From NCBI RefSeq assembly GCF_018350175.1, contig NC_058382.1, positions 48,796,001-48,860,000 of the forward strand: 64,000 nt of DNA. The letters run 5' to 3'. Position numbers and translations under genes: made by a program. Under the pieces are notes generated by a model that saw only the letters and a list, made by a program, of their open reading frames with translations, was not told where the DNA came from and made no database searches. The DNA comes from Felis catus (Eukaryota). Of the stretch, positions 50,420 through 64,000 are shown piece after piece (positions within the stretch are counted from its first letter, which is position 1; every line of letters starts with the position of its first letter).

Positions 50420-50650
50420 ACATCGCCCACGGGTAGGGCGGGCTGAAAGCGCCCCAGGGCGCGGCCTCGGATGCGGCCAGCAGCCCCCGCCATCGCCGCT
50501 CAGCAGGGCGGTTACCTCGGTCAACGGCCACTCACTGCCCTAGCCTCATTGGCTGAGGTCTGGTCCAGCCAGCCAATCAGCGGAGGGGACGGCCCAGCGT
50601 CGGGCAAGCGTGCCCGGGTACCTAGGGGCCCTAGGAGCGAAAGACAGTCT
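50420..50650. promoter_or_regulatory. Orphan CpG-rich promoter-like element
   Basis: CpG cluster with a GC box (GGGCGG ~50436) and two opposed CCAAT boxes (~50548, ~50573). Confidence 0.6.
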
Positions 50651-51134
50651 AGGCTCCAGCAAAGGGTCCTTTGTGTATTGAACTTTGTCATTTTTTTTGC
50701 TGAATATCCAGCTCCTTCCTTCGCTAGGCTGGAAACTCCATGAGTGCAGGGCAGTGTCTGCTTTCCTTAATGTTGACCTTCAGGGATTAATGCATAACAG
50801 ACCTTCATTTGGTGAATGAATAGATGAGGAATGCCCATCCCCCACACAGATCAAACTTCTAAATCTTTATGTCTGAATAGGTGAAGAAGCTCTTTCTCTC
50901 GTTTATGTCCTTGCCACTGCAAGTGTGATCTCCCTGCAGCAGTGTAGATATCAGCATCTATGGGAGCCCTTTAGTATTCAGAATCTCGGGCCTCACTCCT
51001 AGACCTACTAAATCAGGATCTGCATTTTAAGATACCAGGTGATTCCTTAACAACTTACACTTTGAAAACTATTCAGTCATTCCCATTTGTCCTGATAGTA
51101 AATAAATGAAAAATCTAAATCCGTTTTTATAGGT

Positions 51135-51518
51135 TTTATATATATGTTAATATATATTATATATATAAATAATATAAATATATATTCTATAAGTATCTAT
51201 AAATTATATATTATATATATAAATTATATATATAATATATATTATATATTTATATATAATATATAAATAATATACATAATATATATTTATATAAATATAT
51301 ATTTATATAATATATATTTATATAATATATAAATAATATATAAATATATATTATATATAATATATTATGTATAAATAATATATAAATATATATTATATAT
51401 AATATATTATGTATAAATAATATATAAATATATATTATATATAATATATATTATATATAAATAATATATAAATATGTATTAATATAAAATAATATAAATA
51501 TATATTAATATATATTAC
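51135..51518. repeat. Degenerate (TA)n low-complexity tract with internal ~39-bp duplicated units
   Basis: ~380 bp almost entirely A/T; repeated unit TATATTATGTATAAATAATATATAAATATATATTATATATAA. Confidence 0.95.
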
Positions 51519-51519
51519 A

Positions 51520-53455
51520 CTTTATTTTTGAGAGAGAGAGAGCACAAATGGGGGAGGGGGAGAGAGAGAGAGAGAGGGAGACACAGAATCCAAAGCAGGC
51601 TCCAGGCTCCCAGCTGTCAGCACAGAGCCTGATGCGGGGCTCGAATCCACAAACCGTGAGATCATGACCTGAGCCGAAGTCGGAAGCTCAACCAACTGAG
51701 CTACCCAGGCGCCCCGATGATAAAATATTTTAGGTGCTATGGGAGAGTTAGAATCTAGGACTATGTATTTCCAAAATGAAGTATTTTAGTTGTACTCTCT
51801 TGAGCTCTGTTAGCTTTGTCATGTCCCAAGAGGGTCAACCAGTGTTCTACTGCAGAGTGTGTGTAGTACTTATTCTTACCTGCAGGCCTATTTGCTCAGC
51901 CCAGAATAAAAGGTTTCTTAAAATACACAATTTGGATGTTGTATTGAGATAGCTTTCCTTCTAGTACATAGTTGACATTAAAAGAGGAAAATATCATAGA
52001 GAACTGGATAATTAGCTGAATAATTCAAGTAGAATGTTCAGAACAATCTGACTTTTGGGCCTCAATGATTTCTCTTCATGTGTATTGACCCAGTTGTTGG
52101 GTGAATGAAAATAAATAAAAAAAAAAAAATGTCTCTAGGGCCACCTGGTTAAGCTTCCAACTCTTGGTTTCAGCGCAGGTCAAGATCTCATAGTTTGTGA
52201 GTTCAAGCCTTGTACTGTTAGCTTGGAGCCTGCTTGGGATTTTCCCTCTCTCTGTCCCTCCCCCTCTCACTGTTGCTCTATCTCAAAATAGATAATATAT
52301 ATAAATATATACATATATATATATATACTATATATATAAATATAAACTTAAAAAGTATATATGTCTTTAATTCTTTCACTAGTGAAGGTGCTATCTGTTA
52401 GGGTCAGGTGTAAGGGAGGGTAAAGATAAGAGTCAGAGGCTAAAAAATTTAGCAGTCAAAGGCTTTATTTGGGACCTAAGGTCTCGGGTGAGGTTCTGTG
52501 ACTCAGGGAGAGAGAGGAGTCAGGGAAGTCGCCCCCAAGTGTGGTGGGGTGGGGTTTTTAAGCTGCAGCGGTTCCGGGTTTAGGCCCCCGGGTGGGCCTT
52601 TTTCGCGTCAGGTCGTGCTGTCGCTTGGTGATTGGTTGACCTCCAATTCGTTCTGGCACGCTCCTAGGGGCTTTTTGTTGGGTTGCACTGGCAAGATGGC
52701 CCTCCCCTCTACTGTGGTTCCAAGGACATCCTAACACTATCTTAATAGTGACAACTCTGGCAACATAGTGAAGTTATTGAGACTACAACCAATATTACTT
52801 TTATTTTGAAAGTATAATGTGTACAATTTTGGCTTTCCATTTTAATTGTGGTGGCACACAAGTCTGACCTATTTCTCAGATTGTTTAGGCTAAATATGCT
52901 ATTTTGCATCAGAGCCAATTTGCATCAGAAAAAAATTGCCCTTAGCTGTCTTAATCTTTGAGTGTCTCGGTGTCTTCAGGTGTTAAAAGCAGGTAATATT
53001 AGTAACTCCTTGTAAGGTTGTTGTGAAGATCAGATCAAAAGTTTAGATCAGTGCCGGTTGCATCCTAAACGCTCAACAAATGTAAATAAGTAGGATGATG
53101 ATTAACGAATCACTGTGAACTGGGAAGTTAATTCAAGTGATTTTTTTTTTTTTTTTTTTTTACTGGCTTTTGAGCTTGACCTTCTTTTTGTATAGAATGC
53201 TCTTTTACATATAAAAGTAAAATATTTCTGCAATATCTTTAACCCAGTTAAGACCAGACCAGCAGCACAACTTTATTTATACTCATGTGTTTGGATATAT
53301 GAGTTGATGGAGGTAATAGTGTAGTGGTTTAAGAGTATGGACTTTAGGGGCACCTGGCTGGCTCAGTGGGTAGAGCCTGACTCTTGATCTCAGGGTAGCT
53401 GAGTTCAGGCCCCACACTGGGCATAGAGCTTATTAAAAAAAAGAAGAAAAGAAAA
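51520..53455. mobile_element. Carnivore SINEs ~51520-51715 (-), 52138-52295 (+), 53347-53455 (+)
   Basis: SINE motifs. Confidence 0.82.
52396..52736 (-). mobile_element. Solo LTR (341 bp), young
   Basis: TGTTAGG...CCTAACA terminal inverted repeat; perfect 5-bp TSD CTATC (52391-52395, 52737-52741); minus-strand CCAAT, TTAAAAA and AATAAA in LTR order. Confidence 0.88.
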
Positions 53456-53849
53456 GAGTTAAACACATGTGGGTTTGGATCATAGTTCTGTAAGTTACTC
53501 TTCTGAGCAAACTTGGGCAAGGCAGTTACCTCATCTGTAAAGACGGATGCCAGTTGACCTGCCTCATATGTAGTTGAAAAATCAAGTGGAACAATCTGTG
53601 TGAAATACAGTGCTTCACATGTAAATATTTACTATTATTTTTCAAAGGCAAATTGAGGACCAGATACCAACTCAATCGTCCCTCTTCAAGTACTGAATCT
53701 TTCACACCAAATCCAAGAAGGTCTGACAAAGACAAGTGTAACCATGAGCACAACAAATCAGAATCTTTTAAGTCTGAAAACCATTCTGCGACTAAAATGA
53801 ACACAACAGAACTGTACAGCAAAAGCTGTGACCTCTACCAAACATGTCG

Positions 53850-54560
53850 CCCGTTACCCTTATTAACCAAGTCAACTATGAGGGCTTTGCAAACGAAAAT
53901 GTCGGCCTCCAGAAACCAGTCACGTGACGTACTCCATTCCCTTCTTTCCCCGCCATTGCATCAGCCGATTTAGAGCCGCCTTCCTGGAACCCGACTAATA
54001 AGCTGATTCGTGCTCGGGTTGATTGGCATGATGACTGACCAATAAATGTCCCGGGTAGGTAAGCCATGGCGGGGCACTCTCCATGGGCGCGCTCTGATTG
54101 GGCAGGGCCGTGCGGGTTGCGAACCGGCGTGGCTCCGGGCGGGTGTAGCTGCTCCTCTGCAGGAACAGGTAACCGCGAGCTCTGGGTGGTGGGCTCTGAG
54201 GGAGGAGTTAGGGGCGACGACCTTTGAGGGAAGCAGACGGACCTCGGACAGTTCTGAGGCGCCGCGAGAGCGGCTGGGTCCTGAGGCCTGAGCGCTCAGT
54301 TGCCCTAGCGGGTCTCTGGGCCAGGCCTCGCGAGGCCTCTGGAACCGGAGCCTGAGCTGGAGTTGGTGCGGGCAGCCGCCTGGCTACAGCGCAGCGGGAG
54401 AAAGGCCTCTTGTAGACCCCTGGAGCGCCGAGGGTGGAGTGGCCTCGGGTGGCCTTGCCGAGGACCAGGACCTTGGGAGGATCACGGTTGCCATTGACTA
54501 CCCGCCCAAAGCTGAGGTTTTTTATGTCCCCCGGTTTTAATCCCCTAGGGGCGGGCGAGG
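53850..54560 (+). promoter_or_regulatory. AARS1: AARS1 CpG-island promoter and non-coding first exon (candidate donor CAG|GTAACC at 54168/54169)
   Basis: CpG-dense; GTCACGTGAC palindrome 53919-53928; C/EBP-ATF element ATTGCATCA 53955-53963; CCAAT boxes 54022-54026, 54039-54043, 54097-54101. Confidence 0.8.
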
Positions 54561-55254
54561 ATTTGGGGGTGGTAGTGAGGGTAGTCTGGATGGTTGGAAT
54601 GCCTCTTGTGAGCCATTTCCTAATTTCTTAAAATTAGATAAGTAGCTGATCCTGGTTCCGGTTCACCTGGAAGCACTTTCTATGCCCCATCATATTCAGC
54701 TATTACTTTGTCGGAGTCTGCATTTCCCGGTGTGCTTTAAGTTCACTAACAGTTTGCTGCTAAAGGATTATACCTAATCCTGAAGTACTTATTTAGCAAC
54801 CATTGTACTAGATGTTGAGGATATACCCCTTTGGTGGGCAAAAATCAGTCATGATTCTCACAGAGGTGAAACTTCCAGCCTGCTGGGGACATGGACATGA
54901 GACAAGCAGTCCAATGCATGTGAAGTTATGAAGGAAGACACCTGGAGCTACCAGAATAAAATAAGGAGAATCTGGTCAAGGAGAAGCCTTTCTTAAATAA
55001 GTCTGTGCAATTGATATGTCAAAAATGAGGAAACAAGTAGGAAAATGCAAAGAGGAGTAGGGTAGACATAAAGAGCACATTGAAAGGTCCTGTGGCTGGA
55101 GCCTCAACCAAGGGCCAGTGTGATTTAAGGTACTCAAGACCTTTACAGCCCTGTTTGGAAGTGGAATCTGAGGACCATCCTTTTTGCTACCTCTGTATCT
55201 CATACAGCCTTCTAGTATATTTATACTGAATAAATAAATTTGTGATGGTGACAC

Positions 55255-55293
<39 letters not shown>

Positions 55294-56975
55294 TAGTCTC
55301 AGCCTCCATAGAGCTTATTGTCAATATATTGGATCCTTACATCATTTTGCAGTTATTTCTGTATGTGACTGTCTCCCTGTTGAGGGCAGAGAGTCATTCT
55401 TCTCGATTCCCAGCACAGTGTGCATTTATGTAGGTTGAATGAGTGAGCAAAATGGAAAATTTATGTGTCCTTTGTAATTCAGTTTATTTACCTCAGGTAG
55501 CCCATTTAGAGAAGGAGCAATGAACATTCTGAAACTGTGCTGTTGCTCAATCAGAATTGGCACTGTACGTTCATGTTTGCCACCATTACGATTCAGTGAG
55601 AGCCGTGATGAGGAGGGACGAGGAAGAATATGGTGTGATAGAGTTTCTAAAAACCCTAGCCTTGACTCTCAGCATGGACATAAAAATCCTTATCTATGGG
55701 CGTTTTATTCAGCTCTTTGCCTCTTTCAGCCAGTGTTTCACCATCTTTTTGCCCAAAGGGCTTTTGTTTGAGTAATGAGTTGATTCAGTTGTGAATAAAT
55801 CAGTTGAAATTGTGTTTATGCATAAATCTGAGTCACAGTCTCTTGTTCACCTTGTATGTCTTTATTTTTTATCATCCGTATACGAAGGAAGAAAGGCCTT
55901 TGTACTAAGTGACTTAAAGTAATAGCATCCATATTCCTATAGGGCTTTCCAGTGTACAAATTGCTTCCCAAATATAGGATGGCTTTTGAGTGTCACGATA
56001 CCTGGGTGGAGTAGGCAGAGTAGATGCTACTTTTTTACAAAAAAGGAAACGAGTTGTGATAAAGTGACTTATTTAAGATTAGAGTTGGGTCTTGAATCCT
56101 AGAGAATTAGCTAATGTCAGTGAGATGGTTCCCATTTTTTTCCAGATGCCCAGTGCTGCATGGCCCTACAGCACTATGCCAGTGATTGGTACCCTCCACT
56201 AAGGGCTGTCACTTTTCCCTAACCTGCCTCTCAGAAAAATCATAATAGATGTGAAAGAGTTTTGAAATTGTAAAGTTGTTCTATTTCCCAGTTTCTCTTC
56301 TGATTCCCTTTCTTTTTCCACTGGCTCTGAGCTCCACTGTCCTCAGTGTGGCTGCACCTTCCTCACTCCCTAGGAATCTAATAGGTGGGAAGGTCGCAAT
56401 CTACCAGTTGTGCTGGGGGTGCTTAGGCTAGGTGGGGGTAGGTACAGTCCTACTTGCAGGCGGTCCCAGCTGTAGCCAGGCCCATCCCCAGGTCCACTGT
56501 GTTGCCACCAGCCTCCCCAAGATGGTCAGGCCAAACCCAGAGACCCTGGCTTTAGGGATAATACGATTTTGCACAATTCTAGGCATGTAGATGAACAGAG
56601 CTGGAAGGATCCTTAGAGTTCATCTCATATGGACCCCGTTTTTTGTTGGTGAGGTAAAGTAACTCCCTTAAGGACTTGAAGCTAGGACTGGAACCCAGGT
56701 CTCTTGAGCATTCCCCCAACCCCAGTGAGCTGCTCTGCTGGACCATAAACCATGACGTTTTTATTCTGATTTCCTAATTCCTGGCCAAGGCCATGGCAGA
56801 CGTTTGGTGTAAATGAATACGTGAAGAAAGCACTCATGCTCTACTTGACGTGTTGGTATATTGAACCTTTTGAGGTTGGCACAGAAAGGAAGAACACGTG
56901 GGCCTGTTGCCTGCTGCTGCAGCAAATTTTGTTTCGATGATGATTTTAGCCTTGGATGTTACAACATAGAGGTTT

Positions 56976-57017
56976 TAGGATCAAACAGCTTACCGGTAGG
57001 ATCAAGCAGCTTACCGG
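56976..57017. repeat. 21-bp tandem duplication
   Basis: TAGGATCAA(A/G)CAGCTTACCGG x2. Confidence 0.9.
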
Positions 57018-57120
57018 TGTCCTGCTTTGACTTGGCCTGAGAAGCCAGGAATCTTGTGTAATGTCTGCTTATCTCTTAGTTTCATTTCTCCTAATTTTCC
57101 TTTATTTTTTCTTTGGTTAG

Positions 57121-57351
<231 letters not shown>

Positions 57352-57578
57352 TAACAGTTGTTTATTTTCAAGAGACAGAAAGAGCGCAAGCAAGGGAGGG
57401 GCAGAGAGAGGGAGAGACAGAATCTGAAACAAGATGCAGGCTGTGAGCTGTCAGCACAGAGCCTGAAGTGGGGCTTGAACCCATGAACTGCAAGATTATG
57501 ACCTGAGCCGAAGTTGGATGCTTAACAGACTGAGCTACCCAGGCGCCCCTGTTTTTTATTTATTTTTTAAGTGTTTGT

Positions 57579-57797
57579 TAAAAAAAAAAAGAGGTTAGAG
57601 TGGGAGAGAGCCAAAGCATAAGAGACTCAAAAACTGAAAACAAACTGATGGTTGATGGGGGGTGGGAGGGAGAGGAGGGTGGGTGATGGGTATTGAGGAG
57701 GGCACCTTTTGGGATGAGCACTGGGTGTTGTATAGAAACCAATTTGACAATAAATTTCATACATTGAAAAAATAAAAATAAAAAAAATAAAAAAATA
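57579..57797 (+). mobile_element. Young, 5'-truncated cat-type L1 3' end inserted into a SINE tail
   Basis: GGGATGAGCACTGGGTGTTGTAT...GACAATAAATTTCAT plus A-rich tail; flanking TGTTTGTT repeat. Confidence 0.8.
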
Positions 57798-59722
57798 AAT
57801 GTTTGTTTATTTTTGAGAGAGACAGAGAGCCAGAGGGAGAGGGGCAGAGAGAGATAGAAAGAGAGGGAGAGAGAAAATCCCATGCGGGCTCCATGCCGTG
57901 AGCATAGAGCCCAGTGTGTGGCTTGAACTCACATACCGTGAGATCATGAGCTTAACCCAAACCAAGAGTTGGACCCTTAATAGACTGAGCCACCCAGGCA
58001 CCCCTATTTATTTTATATTTTTACAAAGAGAGAGCACATGCATGCAAGGGGAGGGGCAGAGGGAGAGGGAGAGAGAGAATCTTAAACAGGCTCCATGCCT
58101 AGCATGGAGCCTAACTCTGGGCTCAATCTCATGACTGTGAGACCATGACCTGAGCCAAAATCAAGACTTGAAGTCTCAACTGACTGAGCCACTGAGACGC
58201 CCTCACTTTATTTATATTTTTAAGTAAGCTCAATGCCCAACATGGGACTTGACCTCCTGACCCCGAGATCAAGAGTCACATGCTTTACGGACTGAGCCAG
58301 CCAGGCACCCCTAGTCTGTAAAGTCTTGCTTTTATTTTCTGCTAAGGAAAAAGCTGGGTTTTATTAGTTATTGGTTAGGTTAATCTTGCTGAGCTCTGAA
58401 GAGACTTTTTAACTCAGCTATTGTCATTCTCCTTCAATCCTCCATTATCCTTTTTTTTTTTTTTTTTTTAATGAGTTCTTCAGGATTCTTTCAAAGCTTT
58501 GCATTCATTCCCATTCTGAACCATGCAGCTTTACTGATTTTTTAAAAACTCTTGAAGCTGCTGCCACTGATGCCAGTTTAGATCCACTGCTGAAGAAACT
58601 ATTAGTAGGGTTTATGTTTGGGGCAATTGAACTATAAAATGTAAAAGATAATTTGAAAGCTTTATTGTGATGTTGAAAACTGTTTACCAGGCTGATTATG
58701 GAAGTGGATTCAGGTTAGTGCTCTCAGGGTTTTCCTTTGGTGGTTCTTTTGGAGCCGTGCTTAACGCAGTGTACCCACTGGCCCTTAGAATGTGTCTCAC
58801 TCTGGGTAAAGGATAAGTTGACATTTTCTTTTCTTTCTGGTCTCTTTCCTGGCATGGAAAATTAGAGGCAATGGGAACATTTTCCATCTTGTATAACGTT
58901 AACTATGAAATTATACAGGTTTTCAATTATATGTGTAAATCTTTTGTATACACTTGGGATGGGGGCACTGATTTTACGTGGACTTGCAAGGTGATTGGTT
59001 TATTGGAACACTGGAGAGGTTCTTTTCTGCTCAGGCATTCCTAGGCATGGGTTTTGTCTTCTCCCACATGTGCTGACTATACTTGGGAGAAGAACCATGA
59101 GAGTTCAGTGTTTCTAAATGTTCTATGAATAACAGTAATTATTCCCCTCTATGTAGCACTTACTATATGCCAGGCACTGATCTATGTCTTTTATGTATAT
59201 TGACTAATTTGATCCTCACTCTATACTGAAGCACTCACAGCTCAAGTAAATAGCCCAAGCTGACATAGCTGGTATGTGCTGGAGTGTGGATTTGAGCCTA
59301 GGTAGTCATTTGCTCAACTTTTGTGCTGTACTGTCTCTTAATCAGAGATATCTTAATGGTTGTTTTGCTTCTTTTTTTTCTTTATAATATTTTGAAACAG
59401 TATTTATTATACATCTGCCCTTTTTCAGGTACTAGACTGGGTGCTGGATATACAAAGATAAGTAATAATAGTTATTGTTTTTAAGAAGTTCATGGTCTGG
59501 GAGCACCTGGGTGGCTCAGTCTAAGTGTCTGACTTCAGCTCAGGTCACGATCTCACAGATGATGAGTTTAAGCCCTGTGTTGGGCCCTGCGCTGACAGCT
59601 CAGAGCCTGGAGCCTGCTTCGGATTCTGTGTCTCCCCCTCTCTCTGCCCTTCCCCCACTCATGCTCTGTCTCTCAAAAATAAATAAACATTAAAAAAAAA
59701 AAAAGGAGTTCATGGTCTAGTT

Positions 59723-60076
59723 CAGAACTGTCTAATGGAATTTTCTGCAATGATAGTAATGTTCTATATTTGGGCTGCCCAATATGGTAGCCACTAGTCA
59801 TGCATGATTATTTGTTTAGATTTTTAATTAATTAATTTATTTTTAAAAGTAATCTCTACACCCAGCGTGGGACTCGAACTTACAACCCTAATATCAGGAG
59901 TTGCATGTTCCTCCGACTGAGCCATCCAGGCGCCCCCATGCATGATTATTGAGTTAGTGTGACCGAAGAACAGATTCTTTTTGTTTTTAAAAATTCTAAT
60001 TAGTTCCTAATTATTTCATTTTAATTAATTTAAGTTTACAAGTAACAAGTGACTAGTGGTTACCAAATTGGACAGG
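59723..60076. mobile_element. MER3-like hAT DNA transposon remnant interrupted by a SINE
   Basis: CTGTCTAAT...ATTGGACAG ends; CCAATATGGTAGCCACTAG motif; SINE TSD CATGCATGATTATT. Confidence 0.65.
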
Positions 60077-60947
60077 TCTAGTGGGAAAATAAAACTAAGT
60101 CACATAACAATGATACATCAAATTGTAACTTGATAAATATTAAGGGCAAATAATATCTTATGTCTGAACGTCCAGTCATTCATTAAATGTGCTGATTTTA
60201 CTCCCTTAATAGGTCTCCGTTTTTTTTTCCTTTATCACCTTTACTATTGAGCCAGCACATCACTTTGTACTCTTCTATTTTTCTTCTTTTTTCTTTTTAT
60301 TCAATGTTATTTTAGAGAGAGAGAAGGAGAGGGGCAGAGGGAGAGAGAGAGAATCTTAAGCAGGCTCCACGCTTAGTGTGCAGCCTGACGCAGGGCTCAG
60401 TCCCACCCCATGACCCTGGGATTGTGACCTGAGCTGAAATCAAGAGTCCGATGCTCAACCAACGGAGCCATACAGGCTCGCTGACTTTTTTTTTTTTAAG
60501 TAAGCTGTATGCCCAATGTGGGGCTTGAACGGGGAAGATGAAGAGTCACTCACTCTACCAACTAAGCCAGCCCAGCACCCCCAGCACATCACTTTTAGAA
60601 TAAGTTCTTCCAGAAAGATGTAAGTCCTGACCACCAGAGACTTGTGAGGAAGCACGGGTTTCCCTACATCAGCCTCTGGCTGTTATCACACATCCAGGAG
60701 GCCTTTCCCTTGTGCAGGTGGTGTTACTGGCAGTGGTTGGGACCGTTAGAGAACTAGGACAGGGACAAGCTGCTTCAAGATCAGCTGCCTCTATCGCAGC
60801 CCTGTCAGGCCACCTGCCTCAGAATTTTCCCTATTCCAGGCTAATTAAATTACAAATTGAACAGTTCATGTGTGGTTTCTTCCTGCCAGCCTGATAGAGC
60901 TGCAGCTCCTTAAAGGTTGAAATGTTCCCCTTTTTTTTTTTTTTTAG

Positions 60948-61172
<225 letters not shown>

Positions 61173-61483
61173 TAAAATGGTCATTTCCGTTGAAGGAAAT
61201 TGGTTCTAATTTTGCTTGTTTTAAGATATGAAGTATCATTATCCAGGGGATTCAGGAGTGAAGGGCATTTATTAATACTAAGACTTCCTGGAAGCAGTGC
61301 CTATCATTTGATTTCAATTTACATTTGGATGTCTCCTATAAATTGATCCAGGATTTGGCTGTGTTTACAGTGAAGGTGTTGTAGTTTTATATTTGTGTTC
61401 CTAAGGATCTGGACTTTTCCTACTCATATTAAATGGATTTTGGTTTGGCCACATGACACATACTTCTTTTTGTTATTTTGTAG

Positions 61484-61630
<147 letters not shown>

Positions 61631-63762
61631 TAGGAATGCATCTCACATGTTGAGGGTGTGGAGGAATAAAGTGATTCCTGACTCAGTGCCAGAGACGGGT
61701 CTTAGGTCTTGGAGTGCATTGCCTTTTCCAGTTTTGGGCTGTGCAGTTTGAGGGGGAGCGGGGAGTGACTGGGAGCAATTCTCCTTTAGTGCATTCATCG
61801 CTTCTTACTAGATTTACTTGATCATTCCAGTGTTCAAAGCCTGTATATATAAGTCTCTCACTGTTTTGCTTTTTATATATTTTTAGAAATTGTGCATATA
61901 GTGCATATGTTGTAAAAATTCACACTACAGTACATAGAAATGTGAAAAATAGGAAATAGAAGATCCTTAAGATTAATCAGTGTTAATAGTTTGATGCCCC
62001 ATGTATATAGTCTTCCAGGCATTTTTTTGTATTTCTGTCACCCTGTGTATATGTGTGTGTTTTTTTCAACACACTGGTTTTCTTCATATGAAACATGTTC
62101 TTTCTTATGGAAATGGAATGGACTCAAACAGATCGAGGACAAAGGAAGTTTGTTTGTTTGTTTGTTTTAAGTTTATTTATTGATTTTGAGAGAGAGAGCA
62201 CAGGAGGGGCAGAGAGAGGGAGGGAGAGAGAAAGAATCCCAAGCAGGCTCTGAACCATCAGCTTGGAGCCTTATGTGAGGCTCTAACTCATAACCTGTGA
62301 GATCATGACCTGAGCTGAAGTCAGACACTTAACTGATTGAGCCACCCAGGTGCCTGGGTTGTTTTTTTGTTTTTTTTTTTTTTCCCCTTTAATGTAATAT
62401 AATTCTAAAGAAAAATCATGGAGCATGAAAGTTGATGCGACAGATGAGCAGTATGTATTCTACGCTTCGAACTTAATAGGACTTATGAAGTGCAGCATCA
62501 AGAGGAATCTGAAAACGGGGTGACATACCTCCTGTAGATAGCTGGCATGCCTATGTCTTTGTCTCATTTTTTTATTCTTTTACTTTAAGTCTTAAAAAAG
62601 AGGCATAGCTTTTTACCACGCTTAACTAGTGCCACTTCTCTGTTTCATTCATTCTGTCATTTATTAACTAATTACTTTTACTCTACGTATGTTATTCCAA
62701 CCCAGCTTCCCCTGGTACTTGGTCTGAAATCCCTACTTGGTTAGACACTATGTTCTAAGTGTACTTGGGACATTTTGGGCAGTAATGCATGGGAACCTTA
62801 CATACTACTCTTGACTTTGGAGTCCTGTTTTGCTTGGCTTGTGTATGTCCAGACTCTGTTTGTCAAGCAAGCACAGTCTTTTTTTTTTTTTAAGGCGGCT
62901 TCATGCCCAGTGCAGAGACCAGTGCAGGGCTTGAACTCACGACCCTGAGATCATGACCTGAGCTGAGATCAAGAGTCGGATGCTTAACAAACTGAGCCAC
63001 CCAGGCACCCCTGCAAGCACAATCTCTTTTGAGTGCACTGTTATCTAGCGGCTCTCAGTGGAGTCCAATATTTTAGAAATATTTTGATCTTATTAAATTC
63101 TTTCGGTATCATCTTAGGGTGAAAGACTTGACTACGTTGGGGCCTAGAGAAATGGCTTGAAATAGTCAGCAGGGTTTTTTGTTTTGTTTTCTCAGCAGGG
63201 TTTTAATGTGTTTTTTTTTTAATTTTTTAATGTTTATTATTTATTTTTGAGAGAGAGACAGAGCACGGCCAGGGAAGGGGCAGAGAGAGAGAGGGAGACA
63301 CAGAATCCGAAGCAGACTCCAGGCTCTGAGCTGTCAGCACAGAACCTGATGTGGGTCTAAAACCCACAAACCATGAGATCATGACCTGAGCCGAAGTCGG
63401 ACGCTTAACTGACTGAGCCACCCAGGCGCCCCGGTGTTTTCATGCTTATAGTAACTGTCATACAGGAAAGTCATTTCAGTTTTTAAAACAAAGGAACATT
63501 TGCAAAGAAAAGATTTGCTTAAATTCTGATCGTATTCAGCATGGATGTTTTCATTTTTATGTGTTCCTTTCTATGCTTTATCCATACCTCTGCTTATTTT
63601 TATGTAGTTATGATGGCAGCCTATGTGTATTTTGTATTCTATTGTAGTCACTCTTGAGAAGAGTCATGTTCTGCATCTTCGGGCTCAGCCTTAGTAATTG
63701 CCAAAGAGTGGGCCTTTTTTTTTTTTTTTTTTTTTTTAATAGAAACGCATAAGGTCTTTTGA

Positions 63763-64000
<238 letters not shown>

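Overview
Mammalian genomic DNA, almost certainly a felid (dense carnivore tRNA-derived SINEs, including near-consensus cat-type copies, and a cat-type L1 3' end). The window has three spliced genes. DDX19A is on the minus strand (coding exons 1-7, ATG at 16712, running off the left edge). Its tandem paralogue DDX19B is complete on the minus strand (12 coding exons, 48234->29336, 1440 nt = 479 aa + stop). AARS1 is on the plus strand, head-to-head with DDX19B (promoter ~53.9-54.2 kb, coding exons from 57142, running off the right edge). All coding introns I could delimit are GT-AG with consistent phases. The rest is SINEs, L1/L2/MIR fragments, LTRs and DNA-transposon remnants. Most notable: (i) a 147-bp perfectly identical tract over exon 4 of the two paralogues while exons 6-7 differ by ~13%, suggesting gene conversion; (ii) phase-matched tandem paralogues with a weak proximal poly(A) signal in DDX19B, allowing in-frame read-through chimeras; (iii) an orphan CpG/CCAAT promoter and a young solo LTR between AARS1 and DDX19B; (iv) splice signals for a divergent lncRNA and a palindromic bidirectional AATAAA site; (v) candidate poison exons. 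No prokaryote-type system is present. Repeat family names and boundaries are by eye and approximate.
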